Positions 12,219 to 23,400 of a DNA stretch of 64,000 bases are shown one piece after another. How positions within the stretch are numbered: position 1 is the first letter of the stretch; each line of letters begins with the position of its first letter. Position numbers and translations under genes: made by a program. This DNA is from Mantamonas sphyraenae STR306 (taxonomy: Eukaryota; Protista; CRuMs), in NCBI GenBank assembly GCA_026936335.1, contig JAPMXV010000039.1:62001-126000 (forward strand). Direction: 5' to 3'. The notes beneath the pieces are model-generated. The model searched no databases, was not told the DNA's origin, and saw only the letters and a list, made by a program, of their open reading frames with translations.

Positions 12219-13355
12219 CATTGGTGTTGTTGGACGAGGCAAACATTTCGGCACGTGAGAAGCGACCGGGTTGGGAGGCGGTTCCGTTGTCGATCTCCTC
12301 CTGGGTGGCGACGCGGTAGAGGCTGGGCATGCTGACCGAGTCATAGTTGGTCACGATGACATTGGCGGCGCCGACACGTTTGCAGTTGTGGTAAAGCATG
12401 TAACAGCGCTTGATGTCCACGTCATTGGCCACCAGCACGCCCCTGTGTTCCACACTGGTGTCCTGGTGCATGTACTCCAGCATCTGTGTGGTCTTGCTGC
12501 CCGGTGCTGCGCACATGTCCACCACGTTGTGCTGCGGCTGTACATCCAACAGCAGGGGTGGAATCATGCTGACCAGTTCCTGGCGTGTGATGCTGCCAAA
12601 GTTGCTGCCAGCGATCAGAAAGTCTTGCATTCGCCGGACGTCTCGTCGTTCTTGCGCACGCTGCGCTTGTCCTTGTCCAGCTGGTAGGCATAGCCTCCGG
12701 GGTACCACGACACAGGATGCGGCTCGGCATCCAGCGCCCGGAGGTCGCTAAAGTGCGTGGCCAGCCGCTTGCGTGTGTTCTTTGCCAGCAGGCCGCTTTC
12801 CGAAACGCGAAACGTCAGAGGCAGCGGCGTTGTCAGGGTCTCCATCAGCGTCTCGTACTCGTCCTCAGCCACAATCCCCTGGAGCTGTGGGTGTGTTTTA
12901 CAACAGTGCGTGGGGTTGGTGTGAGTGCGTGTGTCTGTGTCGAGCGCGTGACCACGGCTCCACAACGTAAATCGCTGGCCCTTTGTTTTCTGGTGATGCC
13001 GTCCGCCGTCGTCCCTCCACACGGACAGGGCGTGTCCTGTGTGCCACCTGGCAAGGGGTGCAAGGCTGGCCAGGTCATCACGACGTACCTTGTAGTATGC
13101 GTCAAACTTGGCGTTGCTCTTGGGCAGGGGAGTGTCATGGCGTCCGTCATCGTCGCCCGAGCGTTGCGAGTCTCGATCGCCACCCTTCTTGCCCTTGCGC
13201 CACTTGCCTCCACGTCCTTTCTTCTTGCGCCTGTCGCGGCCATCGTGTCGAGAGCGTTTGTTGTCGTTGCCATCCTGCACGTCGTTTGCTGTCGAGGCCT
13301 CGGCATCGTCGCCACTGCGCTCAGACATGTCTTGGTGGTCGCGTTTTGCTGACAT
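10456..13355 (-). CDS. NSUN2: tRNA (cytosine-5)-methyltransferase NSUN2/Trm4
   Basis: Exons 13355-13089 and 12884-10456. Motifs N.KFDAYYK-LQGIV, PLPLTFRV, GSITRQELVSMIPPLLLDV, DMCAAPGSKT, FDRVLCDVPCSGDGTLRK, VYSTCSLNPIENEAV and PHDQNTGGFF. One apparent 1-nt deletion near 12638. Confidence 0.93.
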
Positions 13356-13539
13356 GCACTGTCCAGTTGGTTGGCTCTGGTGTCGCATGCCGACTGCGCA
13401 CCAAGCAATGTGTGGAACCATCCACGCCATTGTGGGTGTCCTCCATTTTGGGTCGTTCTCTTCCGCTCACCACCTGCTGATTGTCTGCTGCGCTTTGCGA
13501 CGCAGCAGCGCTGCAACGGCCAACCACATCCCAACGATC

Positions 13540-16088
13540 ATGCAACCTCCGGTCGATGGCGCCCAGCAACCGGGGCTTGCGGGCGATGTACAACCCAAGG
13601 GCATGCGGGAGAATGTGGTTTGTGTGCCAGGCTGTGCCAAGCTGGTGTTTACGCTTCAACTGGCCTTGGTTGTCCTGGCCGTGTTGGCCATGCTGCATCC
13701 CGCCACTGTGTGGATGCATCCATCGGCCACTCCCGTGCGTCCCAGCAATCCAGTGGCCAAACAGCCCTTCAGGATTCAGTTCCGCCACGAGAACGGCCAG
13801 CTGCTGCGGTTGAGCTTGGCGCCAACGTACAACGACCAGCTCATTCATGCAGCGGTGTTTGCGCCCACTCTCAACAACTCTGCGGTGTCTCAGGGAACAC
13901 CTGCGGCTGCTCTGTGGCGCACGCCTCTTGGTGTGCAGCGGTACGGTCTGCAGCAACACGTGTGGTTTGAACCGTCGCAGCAACAATGTGCTCCGGGGTC
14001 TGCCCTGGCTGCAGGCTCACAGTATTCCCTGGTGCTGTACTACGACTCGGCTGCTGTGGATGTGAACAATGCCTGTGAAGAGTTTGCAGGCCGCGCAGAC
14101 TTTGTTTCCCTGCGTACCAACACCAACCACGAGGTAACGGCCGATCTTCACGCGCCAAAATCCGCTTTCCCGCTGCCAGCCCTTCCCAGCGACCCAGCAC
14201 ATTGCTTTTTGTCCTTCTCCGTGGCCCCACTTGCTGACATCGGGTGCGTTGTCCTCTGTGGCTGGGTGTGGGACACACACACAGAATATTGGACGAGTGT
14301 TTCTGAGCGGTGAGGAGATCCAAAGGTGAGTGCCTTGGCGCCAAAAAGCTCCGTGTTTCGCGCCCCAATGGTCACCATTGCTGACCCTGTCCTGTTTCAC
14401 GTGGCTTCTCTCTTCCTCTTCCCATTGCCGTTCTCTGTGAATGTGTGTGGTTCAGTGTGCAATCCTTCTTTGGCCTCTCCGTTACACTGGTCCTGCTGCA
14501 CGAGCTGTTTGGTCTGGCGGTGTGGTTCGCAGCCGGGTTGACGCTGCGTCTGCAACTGGGCCTGCTGTGGCACGCACGTCACAACAAAACCATGCTGTGG
14601 CGCCAGATGCTGTCTGTTCTGCTTCACGTGGCCCTGCTGGTGTTGTATGCCTTGGATGCGCCGTTGGCAGCCCCGGGTCTCACTTTTGCCGTGTGTCTGC
14701 TGCTCCTCTACGTGTGGCTGACCCAGACACTGGTGGCCTGGCGTGCCTATGCGCGTACCTCGCGTATTTTGGTGCAGCTGGCGCTGGCATCGCGACAAGA
14801 GCAGTTGCAGGGCGCCGAGCAGCAGGCGGCCCAGGATGGGGAACAAGATCTGGAGGCTGGTGACCTGGCTGCTCTGCCCGTGCGTTACAGCGTGCAGTCC
14901 TACAACGACGCATTGACCATTGTGCTGACCAACACGCCTGCGAGTGGCCTCGTGCGAGGGGGATTGTTCTGTGCGGCGACGTCTGTGGGCTCAGTGCAGC
15001 CGTTGGACCCCAGTGCAAGGGAAGACACGGCGGGTGAACAACAGGCGCCCAACGAAAACGACGAATTGGAACAGTCGGACGATGAGGCGGAGCCTGAAGA
15101 GGCGGACGAGGCCACGGACGAGTGTCCGTACTTTTGTCCCATCTGCATGATTTACTACTCGCGGGTGCTGCAAACCGACTGTTGCCACAACTACATTTGC
15201 AAGGATTGTGCGCTGGGCTACCTCAAGGGCAAGGATGGACTGAGCGCGAAAATCAAACGTGTGCCCACGCGACCACTGCACCTCGCCTGCCCCTTTTGTA
15301 CAAACCTCGACTTTTCGCTGGCTGTGGTCAACCAGGACCTGCCTGCACGCCGCTATGAAGACTCTCCCGCCGTCAAGCGGCCAGCCCGCCGCAACATGCC
15401 ATCGCCCTCGCCGCTCAAGATTGGGGCCTCCTTTGAGGACATGCGCCGCAAACTCATCACCTTTGACAAGGAGCAGCAGCGTCGTGCCGCGTCCAAGACG
15501 CCCAAGAGCAGCCGAAAGCAGCTGTCGGTGACGCGGACGCCAGGGACGCAATCGTCCGTGCGTGCTGGGAGCACCACGCCCGACATCGGCACCACTGCGG
15601 GCGCGGGGCCACTGCGCACTCCCGTCAGTGCCAGCAGTGTGACGAGCACCACCATTATCGTGCCACCCATTGCTGCTAGGGCAGCAAGTGAACATAGTGA
15701 GGCGTCGTCTTCGTCGTCGTCTGCAGCTGCATCCGGCAATGGAAACGGCAGCGCTCCCGGCGTGTCCGCCGCCGGTCTCCCTCCGCGAGCTCCAAAGGCG
15801 CGTGCAAAGGCAGTCAATGCTGTGCTGAGTGGACAGCCTCCTTCTGTTGAACAAGAAGAGGAGCAAGAGGAGCAAGAGGAGGCAGAGGCACAGGAGGAGC
15901 AAGAGGAGGAGCGCAAAGGACTGCAGCCGTCGTCATCTGCGCTCAGCGTCACAATTCCGGCTAACCGACGCAGCGCAAACGCTCGCATCGAGCAGATCAG
16001 TCCGTCGCACTCGGACAATGGCAGTGAAGTGTCGGGGGAAGAGCGGGAAGACGAGGAGGAGGAGGAGGAGGTGCGAGGAGAAACATGA
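13540..16088 (+). CDS. Multi-pass membrane protein with a cytosolic RING-type zinc finger (putative E3 ligase)
   Basis: Exons 13540-14133, 14285-14325 and 14456-16088 join in frame. N-terminal signal anchor, further hydrophobic helices, CPIC...DCCHNYICKDC...CPFC, and a long disordered tail. Confidence 0.65.
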
Positions 16089-16116
16089 AGCGTGCCGTGC
16101 TGTGCCCTTTTCTTCC

Positions 16117-18723
16117 TCACTCCATCACCAGGACGGCGTCGCACTGGTCTTTGACATCGGCCTCGTGCCAAGCGGGAACCAAATAGTCGCCGTTGGCATA
16201 AATGGGGGTGAGGTCGTTGTAGTGCGGCGAGCCCAGCTGGCCAGACTGGCCGGGAGAGTAGATGATGCGGGTCTTGCTCATGTCGCTGACATCCACGAGC
16301 TGGCGGTACGACGGGGCCCAGGCAGCGTTGTGGTGAGCCTTCTCCAGGCTGCTGGCAGGAAGGGCGGCGGTCTGCTGCACGGTGTCCGTGTCGCCACCGA
16401 TGCACCCAGCCAGATTGTTGAAGATGCGGTCCAGGGGTTCGACCTTCTCCAGCTTGTGGGGCATGTCCGTGCGATGCAGACGACCCCACACCCACGCGGC
16501 TGTGGAGGGGCCAAACTCACGGCGCAACCACTCGATGGCGTGCTTGAGACCCTTGCGCATGACAACGTCGGCGCCGCCTGCGGAACGCACAAAGAACGAG
16601 TCGTTGCCTCGCTTGAGAGCAGCCAGCAGGTTGACCACGTCGTGGCCGTAGTATTCGGTGGTGGGCTTGAGCACAGTGGACACACCCTTGCCCATGACCA
16701 CGTCGGCCACCTCGCGCGATAGCGGTCCGTCAAGCAACACTCGCAACATAAAGTGCTTGGCCACGCTGTACACAGAGGCAGGCACGGAGCTGCAGTGCAT
16801 GTACGCGTCCCATCCTGCAATCATTCGCAGGGCAAGCTGCACCTCCTCGTCCTCCTCCTTGCTGGGATCCAGCAGTTTGGCCGCCAAGTCACGGAACTCC
16901 TCGCCCGGAATGCTCTTGACATCCACCTGCATGCGCGCAAACATATCCTGGGTCACTTCCTCCTTCGGGGCTGCATCCAGGAGCTCCTTGATGCGCAGGG
17001 CACGATAGCCGTTCATGTGGTTGCGGCCAATCATTTTCTCGTGCTTGTAGTCCTTCTGCACAATCTTTTGGTTGGCCGAAATGACCACACCCGACTTGGG
17101 GTTGAATGTCCACGGCTGCTCCTCAAACGGAGCAGTGCCGATCCAGTCGTGGGAGCCCGTGCCATCGGCAGGCACGCTTCCGTCGCCATCCTTGCGCAGG
17201 GGAATGTCACCCGAGGCAATGTAGCCGATGTTGCCGTCTGCGTCTGCATACAGCATGTTCAGGGGCAGCGAGTGCATCTTGGACACGCCTCCAGCAAACT
17301 GGTCCCAGTTCTGGGCCAGATTGACCTTGTGCATGCCCTCCACCGCCACCGGGTGTTGCAGCGCGCCTGCGCACAGCGACACGTTGGACAGTGAGTACCC
17401 GAGCATGTCGCTGATCAAAGGGCCGTGGTGGGTCAGACGCACCGTGTACGGCGTCGGCTTGTCCTGGCCCTTGACCTCGATCAGCTCCTGAACCTCCATC
17501 ACGTCCTTCCACTCGCCATCGTGCTTGTACTTGTCGCCATCCTCGTTCAGCGTCTCCACAAACAGATCTTCGTAGTCGGCCAGCGAAACGGTGATTCCCC
17601 ACGCAATGCGGTCGTTGTGGCCAATCATGATGAAGGGCAAGCCCGGGAGCGACACACCCGCAGCGTGATACGCCGGCCACCCGTTGGCCTCGTCCGCAGG
17701 TGCATTCAAATGCACGTAGTACCAAATAGACGGGGTATTGAGCACCAAATGCGGGTCGTTGGCCAGCAGCGGCTTGCCTGTGGCTGTGCGCGAGCCGTGC
17801 ACGCTCCACGCGTTGCTTCCCCACCCTCGCTTCTGGTCGAAGAAGGGAGGCAGGTGTGCAGAGCGTGTGGCCTCTGCATCCTTCGGGTTGAATTCGCCGG
17901 CAGTGTGCACCTGTGCGTTGTGGGGCACATCGGCGGTGTCAAACTCCATGGCTGCCTCGGGACCCACGGCCTCGATCAGCAGCTGGCGGACAATCTCCGA
18001 GTTCCAGCCCTCGCTCATCTGGAACGACATGATGCGAGCAAAGGCCATGAGGTGGTCGGGTTGCCAATCGTCCGGCACAATGCCGCCAAAGAGCTTCAGC
18101 TCGAGCGGGAGGGGCACTTGGCCCTCGCGGGCGCGCTGGAGATATGCGTTGATGCCGTCGCAGTACGCCTGCATCAGAGGACGCACGTGTTCGGCCGCAT
18201 CCTTCCAATCCTGCTTTCCGTGGCGATAGAAGCCCACGGTGCGGCTAAACTGGTCTGCAGGCAGGGCCACCTCGCCAAAGACGGAGCTCAGGCGCCCGAG
18301 AGCCATCATGCGATTCAGCTGCATCTGGAAAAGACGGTCCTGCGCATGCACGTAGGCTTGTGCAGTGACCAGATCCTTCTGCGATTGGGCGTAGATGTGC
18401 ACCAGGCCGTGTGCATCGCGGTATACGCGTACTGGCTTGGAGAGCAGACCGGCTGGCAGCGAGAGGGTTCCGTTTGTCTGCGGAAGGAGCGTCGAGCCGT
18501 ACCAGCGCAGCAGGGGACGGGCGACAAAGGCCAGCGAGTCCAGGATGACTCGCATAGGCCCGCTTGTTACCCTTCCCTCGTACACCATATGTGCAGCGGG
18601 CGAATCAAAGCCGCTGGGCAGCGTCGAGTCGGACGGACCCACCACCAGCGTGCCGGTGAACAGGATGGACAGGGTGCAGTAAAGCACCAGAATCATGCAA
18701 ATCCGCACAGCGAGGACAGCCAT
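16117..18723 (-). CDS. Penicillin acylase / AHL-acylase family Ntn hydrolase (peptidase S45) with an N-terminal signal or anchor
   Basis: Intronless 868-aa ORF. Motifs VRVYRDAHGLVHIYA, AQDRLFQM...GRLS, catalytic GSNAW...TATGKPLLANDPHL, and C-terminal PSYRQLVD...PGQSG...SPHYND. Confidence 0.93.
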   Translation of the reverse strand: MAVLAVRICMILVLYCTLSILFTGTLVVGPSDSTLPSGFDSPAAHMVYEGRVTSGPMRVILDSLAFVARPLLRWYGSTLLPQTNGTLSLPAGLLSKPVRVYRDAHGLVHIYAQSQKDLVTAQAYVHAQDRLFQMQLNRMMALGRLSSVFGEVALPADQFSRTVGFYRHGKQDWKDAAEHVRPLMQAYCDGINAYLQRAREGQVPLPLELKLFGGIVPDDWQPDHLMAFARIMSFQMSEGWNSEIVRQLLIEAVGPEAAMEFDTADVPHNAQVHTAGEFNPKDAEATRSAHLPPFFDQKRGWGSNAWSVHGSRTATGKPLLANDPHLVLNTPSIWYYVHLNAPADEANGWPAYHAAGVSLPGLPFIMIGHNDRIAWGITVSLADYEDLFVETLNEDGDKYKHDGEWKDVMEVQELIEVKGQDKPTPYTVRLTHHGPLISDMLGYSLSNVSLCAGALQHPVAVEGMHKVNLAQNWDQFAGGVSKMHSLPLNMLYADADGNIGYIASGDIPLRKDGDGSVPADGTGSHDWIGTAPFEEQPWTFNPKSGVVISANQKIVQKDYKHEKMIGRNHMNGYRALRIKELLDAAPKEEVTQDMFARMQVDVKSIPGEEFRDLAAKLLDPSKEEDEEVQLALRMIAGWDAYMHCSSVPASVYSVAKHFMLRVLLDGPLSREVADVVMGKGVSTVLKPTTEYYGHDVVNLLAALKRGNDSFFVRSAGGADVVMRKGLKHAIEWLRREFGPSTAAWVWGRLHRTDMPHKLEKVEPLDRIFNNLAGCIGGDTDTVQQTAALPASSLEKAHHNAAWAPSYRQLVDVSDMSKTRIIYSPGQSGQLGSPHYNDLTPIYANGDYLVPAWHEADVKDQCDAVLVME

Positions 18724-18813
18724 AATTGTGTGATTACGGGGATTGCTTGCGATGGATTTGTTGGTGCTGCGGAAGTCATTTCCCCTCGCGCTGCCAAACG
18801 TTCCCCATGAATC

Positions 18814-19035
18814 ATGAGTGACCGTGTTCGACGGGAGTCAGTGGAAGACGAAACCGACGAAGAAGTCGGAGTGCAGGAGCCGGAGCCGGAGCAAGAGCAG
18901 GCCATGGTTCACATTGCCAGCGGCGACGTCGACCTCGTCATCGAACAGACCGGTGTGACGCACCCGGTTGCCCTGGCTGCGTTGCAACGTGCCGAAGGCG
19001 ATGTTGTCAACGCCATCATGGAGCTGACAATGTGA
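18814..19035 (+). CDS. Small protein: acidic stretch plus NAC-alpha-type C-terminal UBA domain
   Basis: 73 aa. DVDLVIEQTGVTHPVALAALQRAEGDVVNAIMELTM matches the NAC-alpha C-terminus (DIELVMxQxxVSRxxAxxAL...DIVNAIMELTM). No NAC dimerisation domain. Confidence 0.75.
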   Translation: MSDRVRRESVEDETDEEVGVQEPEPEQEQAMVHIASGDVDLVIEQTGVTHPVALAALQRAEGDVVNAIMELTM

Positions 19036-19190
19036 GGGTTTGGGCCCATGCCTTGCCCCTTTCCGCACCTGTGCTGGGCTGCATCAACTGCAGCCTGCCC
19101 CCATGCCATTCTCATGACTTAACAAGATCCATTTTCATTCGCATCCTTGTAGCTTTGCCAATCCTCCCAGCTCGTCTTGTACAAGCGCAG

Positions 19191-20361
19191 TCACGTGAGC
19201 TGCAGGCTGCGTTCGCGCACCTCTTCCATTGTTGGCCTGTCGTCCAAATTCTTGGTGAGCATCCACGTGATGAGGTTGCGCACATCGAGGCTGAAACGTC
19301 CGTCGTCGGGAAAGTCCACATGGGCGTTGGCAATGGCCAATGCGGCGCTGCCGTCGACGTCAAAGGGCGAGGCACCTCCTCCGTAGCACATCGCCCAAAG
19401 CAAGCAGCCGCACGACCACACGTCCGCCTTCCCGTCCAGGAACGTGCCTCTGTCCACCTGAAGCAGCTCAGGAGCTCGGAAGAAGATTGTGCTGTGCTTC
19501 GCGGCCGTGTCTTGCTGTGCCAATGCCTGTTGTCGTGTGTCCACCTGGACAAACTCGTGTGCCGAACCAAGGTCAATCAACACAGGTCTCCCGTCGCCGT
19601 CCAGCATCACATTGCTCGGTTTGATGTCCCTGTGGCACAGCCCCATTGCGTGTAGTTCACACACTCCGTTGCAGATTTCTGTATTGGGCGTCCACACGGG
19701 GTATAGGCGCAGTGGGACGCAGAGTCAGCGTTTTCCTCTTCGACCTCCTTGCGTCCAACAAACGCACCCACCCTGCGTCAAACGCAAGCACGCACGCACA
19801 CACACACACACAACTCTTACCGGAGAATACCTGCATCGTCTTTTTCTCTGTCCAGTCTTGGTAGTGCGGGCTGTTGAATGCAATGATGTCCAGGAGAGAG
19901 TGCGAGAAGAGCGGCAACACCAGATCAACGTGGTTCCCATCAAAGTGGCTGCCCAGAAGCTGCACCACGTTCGGGTTGCCTCGGCTGTTCAATTGTCGAT
20001 GCACTTCCACCTCTCGTCGTGCCTGATCCACCTGCTCTTCCAGTTGGCACTCCATCCTCTTCACCGCAACCTCCTCTCCCGTTTCCTCATCTACTCCCCG
20101 ATACACATACGCAAACCCTCCCTCTGCAATCTGCTCTTCCAGTTTGATGTGTCGACCCTCCACCTCCAACACCACACTCTTGCTGAACATTTTGCTCAAC
20201 TTGCTTCCCATGCTGGGCTCTCCTTCTTCTTCAAGCTCCGAAAACGGTTCTTCGTTGCGTCGTAGCCGAGTGATGAAACGTGTCAGCCGCGACCTTCCGT
20301 TTCCTTCCCCGTTCCCGTTGTTGTTTCTGTTTCCCGTGAGTCCCGAGAAGCACGCTCCCAT
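19191..20361 (-). CDS. STK16: NAK-family Ser/Thr kinase, STK16/MPSK1-like
   Basis: Exons 20361-19821 and 19678-19191. N-terminal MGACFS (myristoyl/palmitoyl-type), IAEGGFAYVY, VAVKR, HRDIKPSNV, DLGS, STIFFRAPEL, DVWSCGC and SPF. Confidence 0.85.
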
Positions 20362-20476
20362 CCAGTCGTTGGCTCAGCTCGCGGCGAGTTGAATGAGGGA
20401 AGTCTTCACAACCCCCTTGTGACACCACACCTGGTCATTCGGTCATTCGTTCCGCCCTGTGTGTGTGGGTGACACC

Positions 20477-23400
20477 ATGTCAACTGCTCCTGCTGCGCCG
20501 CACGGCTCAAGAAGACACGCTTTCATGAGCCGTATGCGCTGTTATTTGGCGCTTTTGGCCTTTGTTACCGTGACGAGTGCGGTATATGGTGAGTCCAATC
20601 AAAGGGTTTGAGGCCTTGAGTGTCCATCCCGGCTGTGTCCGTCTCACACTTCCGAATGTGCATCTTCACCCACCCAGCACTCCCGAACGCGAACCTTGCA
20701 TCCACTACCACCTCTCTTGAGGCCTTTCGTGGAAAGCAAGTCACGCTTCAGTATACATCTTCCAACACTGGGTCTAGCATTGGCTACGGCCCTATTGTTG
20801 ATTTCCTTTTCGACACTTCCCATCTCGCCTTTGCGTCTCTCTCCTCTGCCCCTGTGCAGGTGGAATCCGTCCAGGCTCCTCTGGTGTATTCATCGGCTAC
20901 CAACAAGTCGTGTGTGACCCACCCGTACGCCATCGGCTCGGACGAGAAGCAGACACAGGTGAGTTCCACGGGCTCCCGTCCGAGTCCAGACGCTTCCTGC
21001 CGTTTCCAACCCTTCCCAGTCTCTCTAGCCGGGAAGAGACACCCATAGTCCTTCTCCCCTGCACAAGATGCCCTCACCTTGCCCAGCATGTCCACACGTA
21101 CGAGCCCGTATCCATCCGGGGTCTCTCTCCCGCCTTCTCGGTCGGTCTTTTCCCGAAGTGTCCTCCTGCTTACATCTTTCCGTCAAAACAATTTGCCCGG
21201 TTTGGAACTCAGGTCTGCCTCGACGGACAGCAACAAGCCACAGTTCTCTTTGTGCGCATCCCCTACGCAGGTGTACTACTCACATCACCAGCCGTCAGTG
21301 TGACGCTGACGTTGACCCTGAAGGAGTCCGGTAAGAAGAGGAATATTTCCTTCCATCACGCATTTGTGGTCGTAACCCCTTTCTTTGTTGTTGTTCTCCC
21401 ATTTCTCCTTTTGGTCAACCCTGACACATTTTGCTGGCACCAACCCCCCACGCAGCTCCGTTCATGTCCGACCAGCTGGTGTTTGCGCGCTCTGCGTATC
21501 GCTACGGCAAGACCCCAGACGCCGATTTTGCCACTGATCCCACCTTGTTTTCGGCGGGCAACAATGGCACAAACGCGGCCTCGTGGACGCTCAAGACCCG
21601 CATCCAACCTATTCTGGTCTCCACTGCTGCATCTGTTTCGGCTTCGGGTGACCCCAACGGCCCTTCATACCCACGCACTGCATCTGCTTCACTCTCCGTT
21701 TCCTCGGGAGTAACGGTGGCGCAGTGCCAAATCCACATCGACTTGCCTGGTACCCAAACGCAGGTCACTGGTGCTACCTTGCTGCCAACCTCTGCAGCTC
21801 AGCCCACAAGCACCTCCATGGTCGCCACAAACATCACAGGCACCACCGCTGTCGACTGCCAACTCCAGCTGCCCTTTTATGTCCGTGATGTCGTCCCTGC
21901 TACTCCGGCCGCTTCCACATCCTTCATTGTGGCTGTGCACTTCAACTACTCCATCCAGGTGGCCAACACCAACTACGATGCGTTTGCTTGCAACATTTCC
22001 AAGTTCAACGCCTCCAGCAACGCAACACAGGAAGGCAACGCTACGGTGTGTTCCCCCACCACAGACGTTTTCTACCTCCGCTCCGTCAACATCTCCCACA
22101 CCGCCGTAGCCTACAGCCTGTCATCGTCCGTCACTGTGCAAGCCAATGCCAATGCATTTGTCAACCCGCACGACGTCCTGCGCTGGACCCACACCATGCT
22201 CATCTCAAACTACTTTTCCATCCGAGATATGCAAGTCCGTTCCACATTGTCTGATGCTCAGAATTTCCTCCCTGCCTACAACGTGTCTCTTATCCTCGGC
22301 GCTGCATCTTTCGCCATCCTGCCCGGGACTCACTACACCGAAGCGTTCAACGCCTCCTCGGGCCAGCGCTCCCTCAGCATGAACATCACGGCCCTGAGGC
22401 AGTCCTATCCATCCATGCAGAACTTCACCTCCGCCCAACCCGTGCAGATCCGCCTGTTTTCTTTGCTGCGTCACAACCGCACCCGAGATGGATCAAACGT
22501 CAACCAAGGCGACTCGGTATCGAACCAGGCGTCCTTTGACGTACGACTTCCTGTGTCCAATACCTCCGACACCGTGCTCGTGTCCCGTACCACCTCGACA
22601 AGCATCCAAACAAGCATTGCAGGCTTTCCGGATATCTCCGTCGTCGCGCACAACGGCAACCGCACCCTCTGCTCAGTGGGTGCATGTACCATCACCTCTC
22701 GGGGAACCAACGTCACCTTTGACTTCCAGTATCACTACGCTCACATGGACTACGCCTCCTTGCAGGTCCAAATCGCTTTCCCGTTCCCCCTCCTCCTCGC
22801 CAACCCATTCACTGCCGGTTCCGTCGGCCCAGCTTCTCAGCTTCAGCAAGCCTATGTTGCTGGCGCCGCAGTCATGGCCCCATCGGACTCCATGTTCAAC
22901 TTGACCCAACGTTTGCCGAAGCTTCTCGTCGACACCTCTGCGAACGACCTCACTCTCGATTTCGGCAATTTTTCCACTTTGGTTACGGACCCACAGACGC
23001 GCTCGGTTGTTCAACTCACAGCCCAGCTGTCCGACTTTCCTTACCCGGATGCGGGCCTTGTTAGCGTGATTGCCTCGGCCGTTCAAGGTGGTTTCAACAC
23101 TCAGTTTAGCACCTTCCAGCTCAGGGTCAGTTCACCCAACGTTCGAGTACGTGAGGGCATTGTTGCAGTGCGCACAGCTTCTCCAACAGCCTTCAACGCC
23201 ACAGCCGCCACTCCGGTACCGTTCGATAGCCCGCTCTCTGCCATCCCGCGCTTTTCGCAGCCCATCACATCCGCTGGCCTGCACACCGCGTCTACGTTCT
23301 TCAACACAGGCGTGAATGGCCTCCAGGCAGGTGACCAGGTCACCGTCGGTCTCGTTGTTGAGAACCTCGGTTCCTCTCAAGCCTTTGGCGTCGAGCTCCG

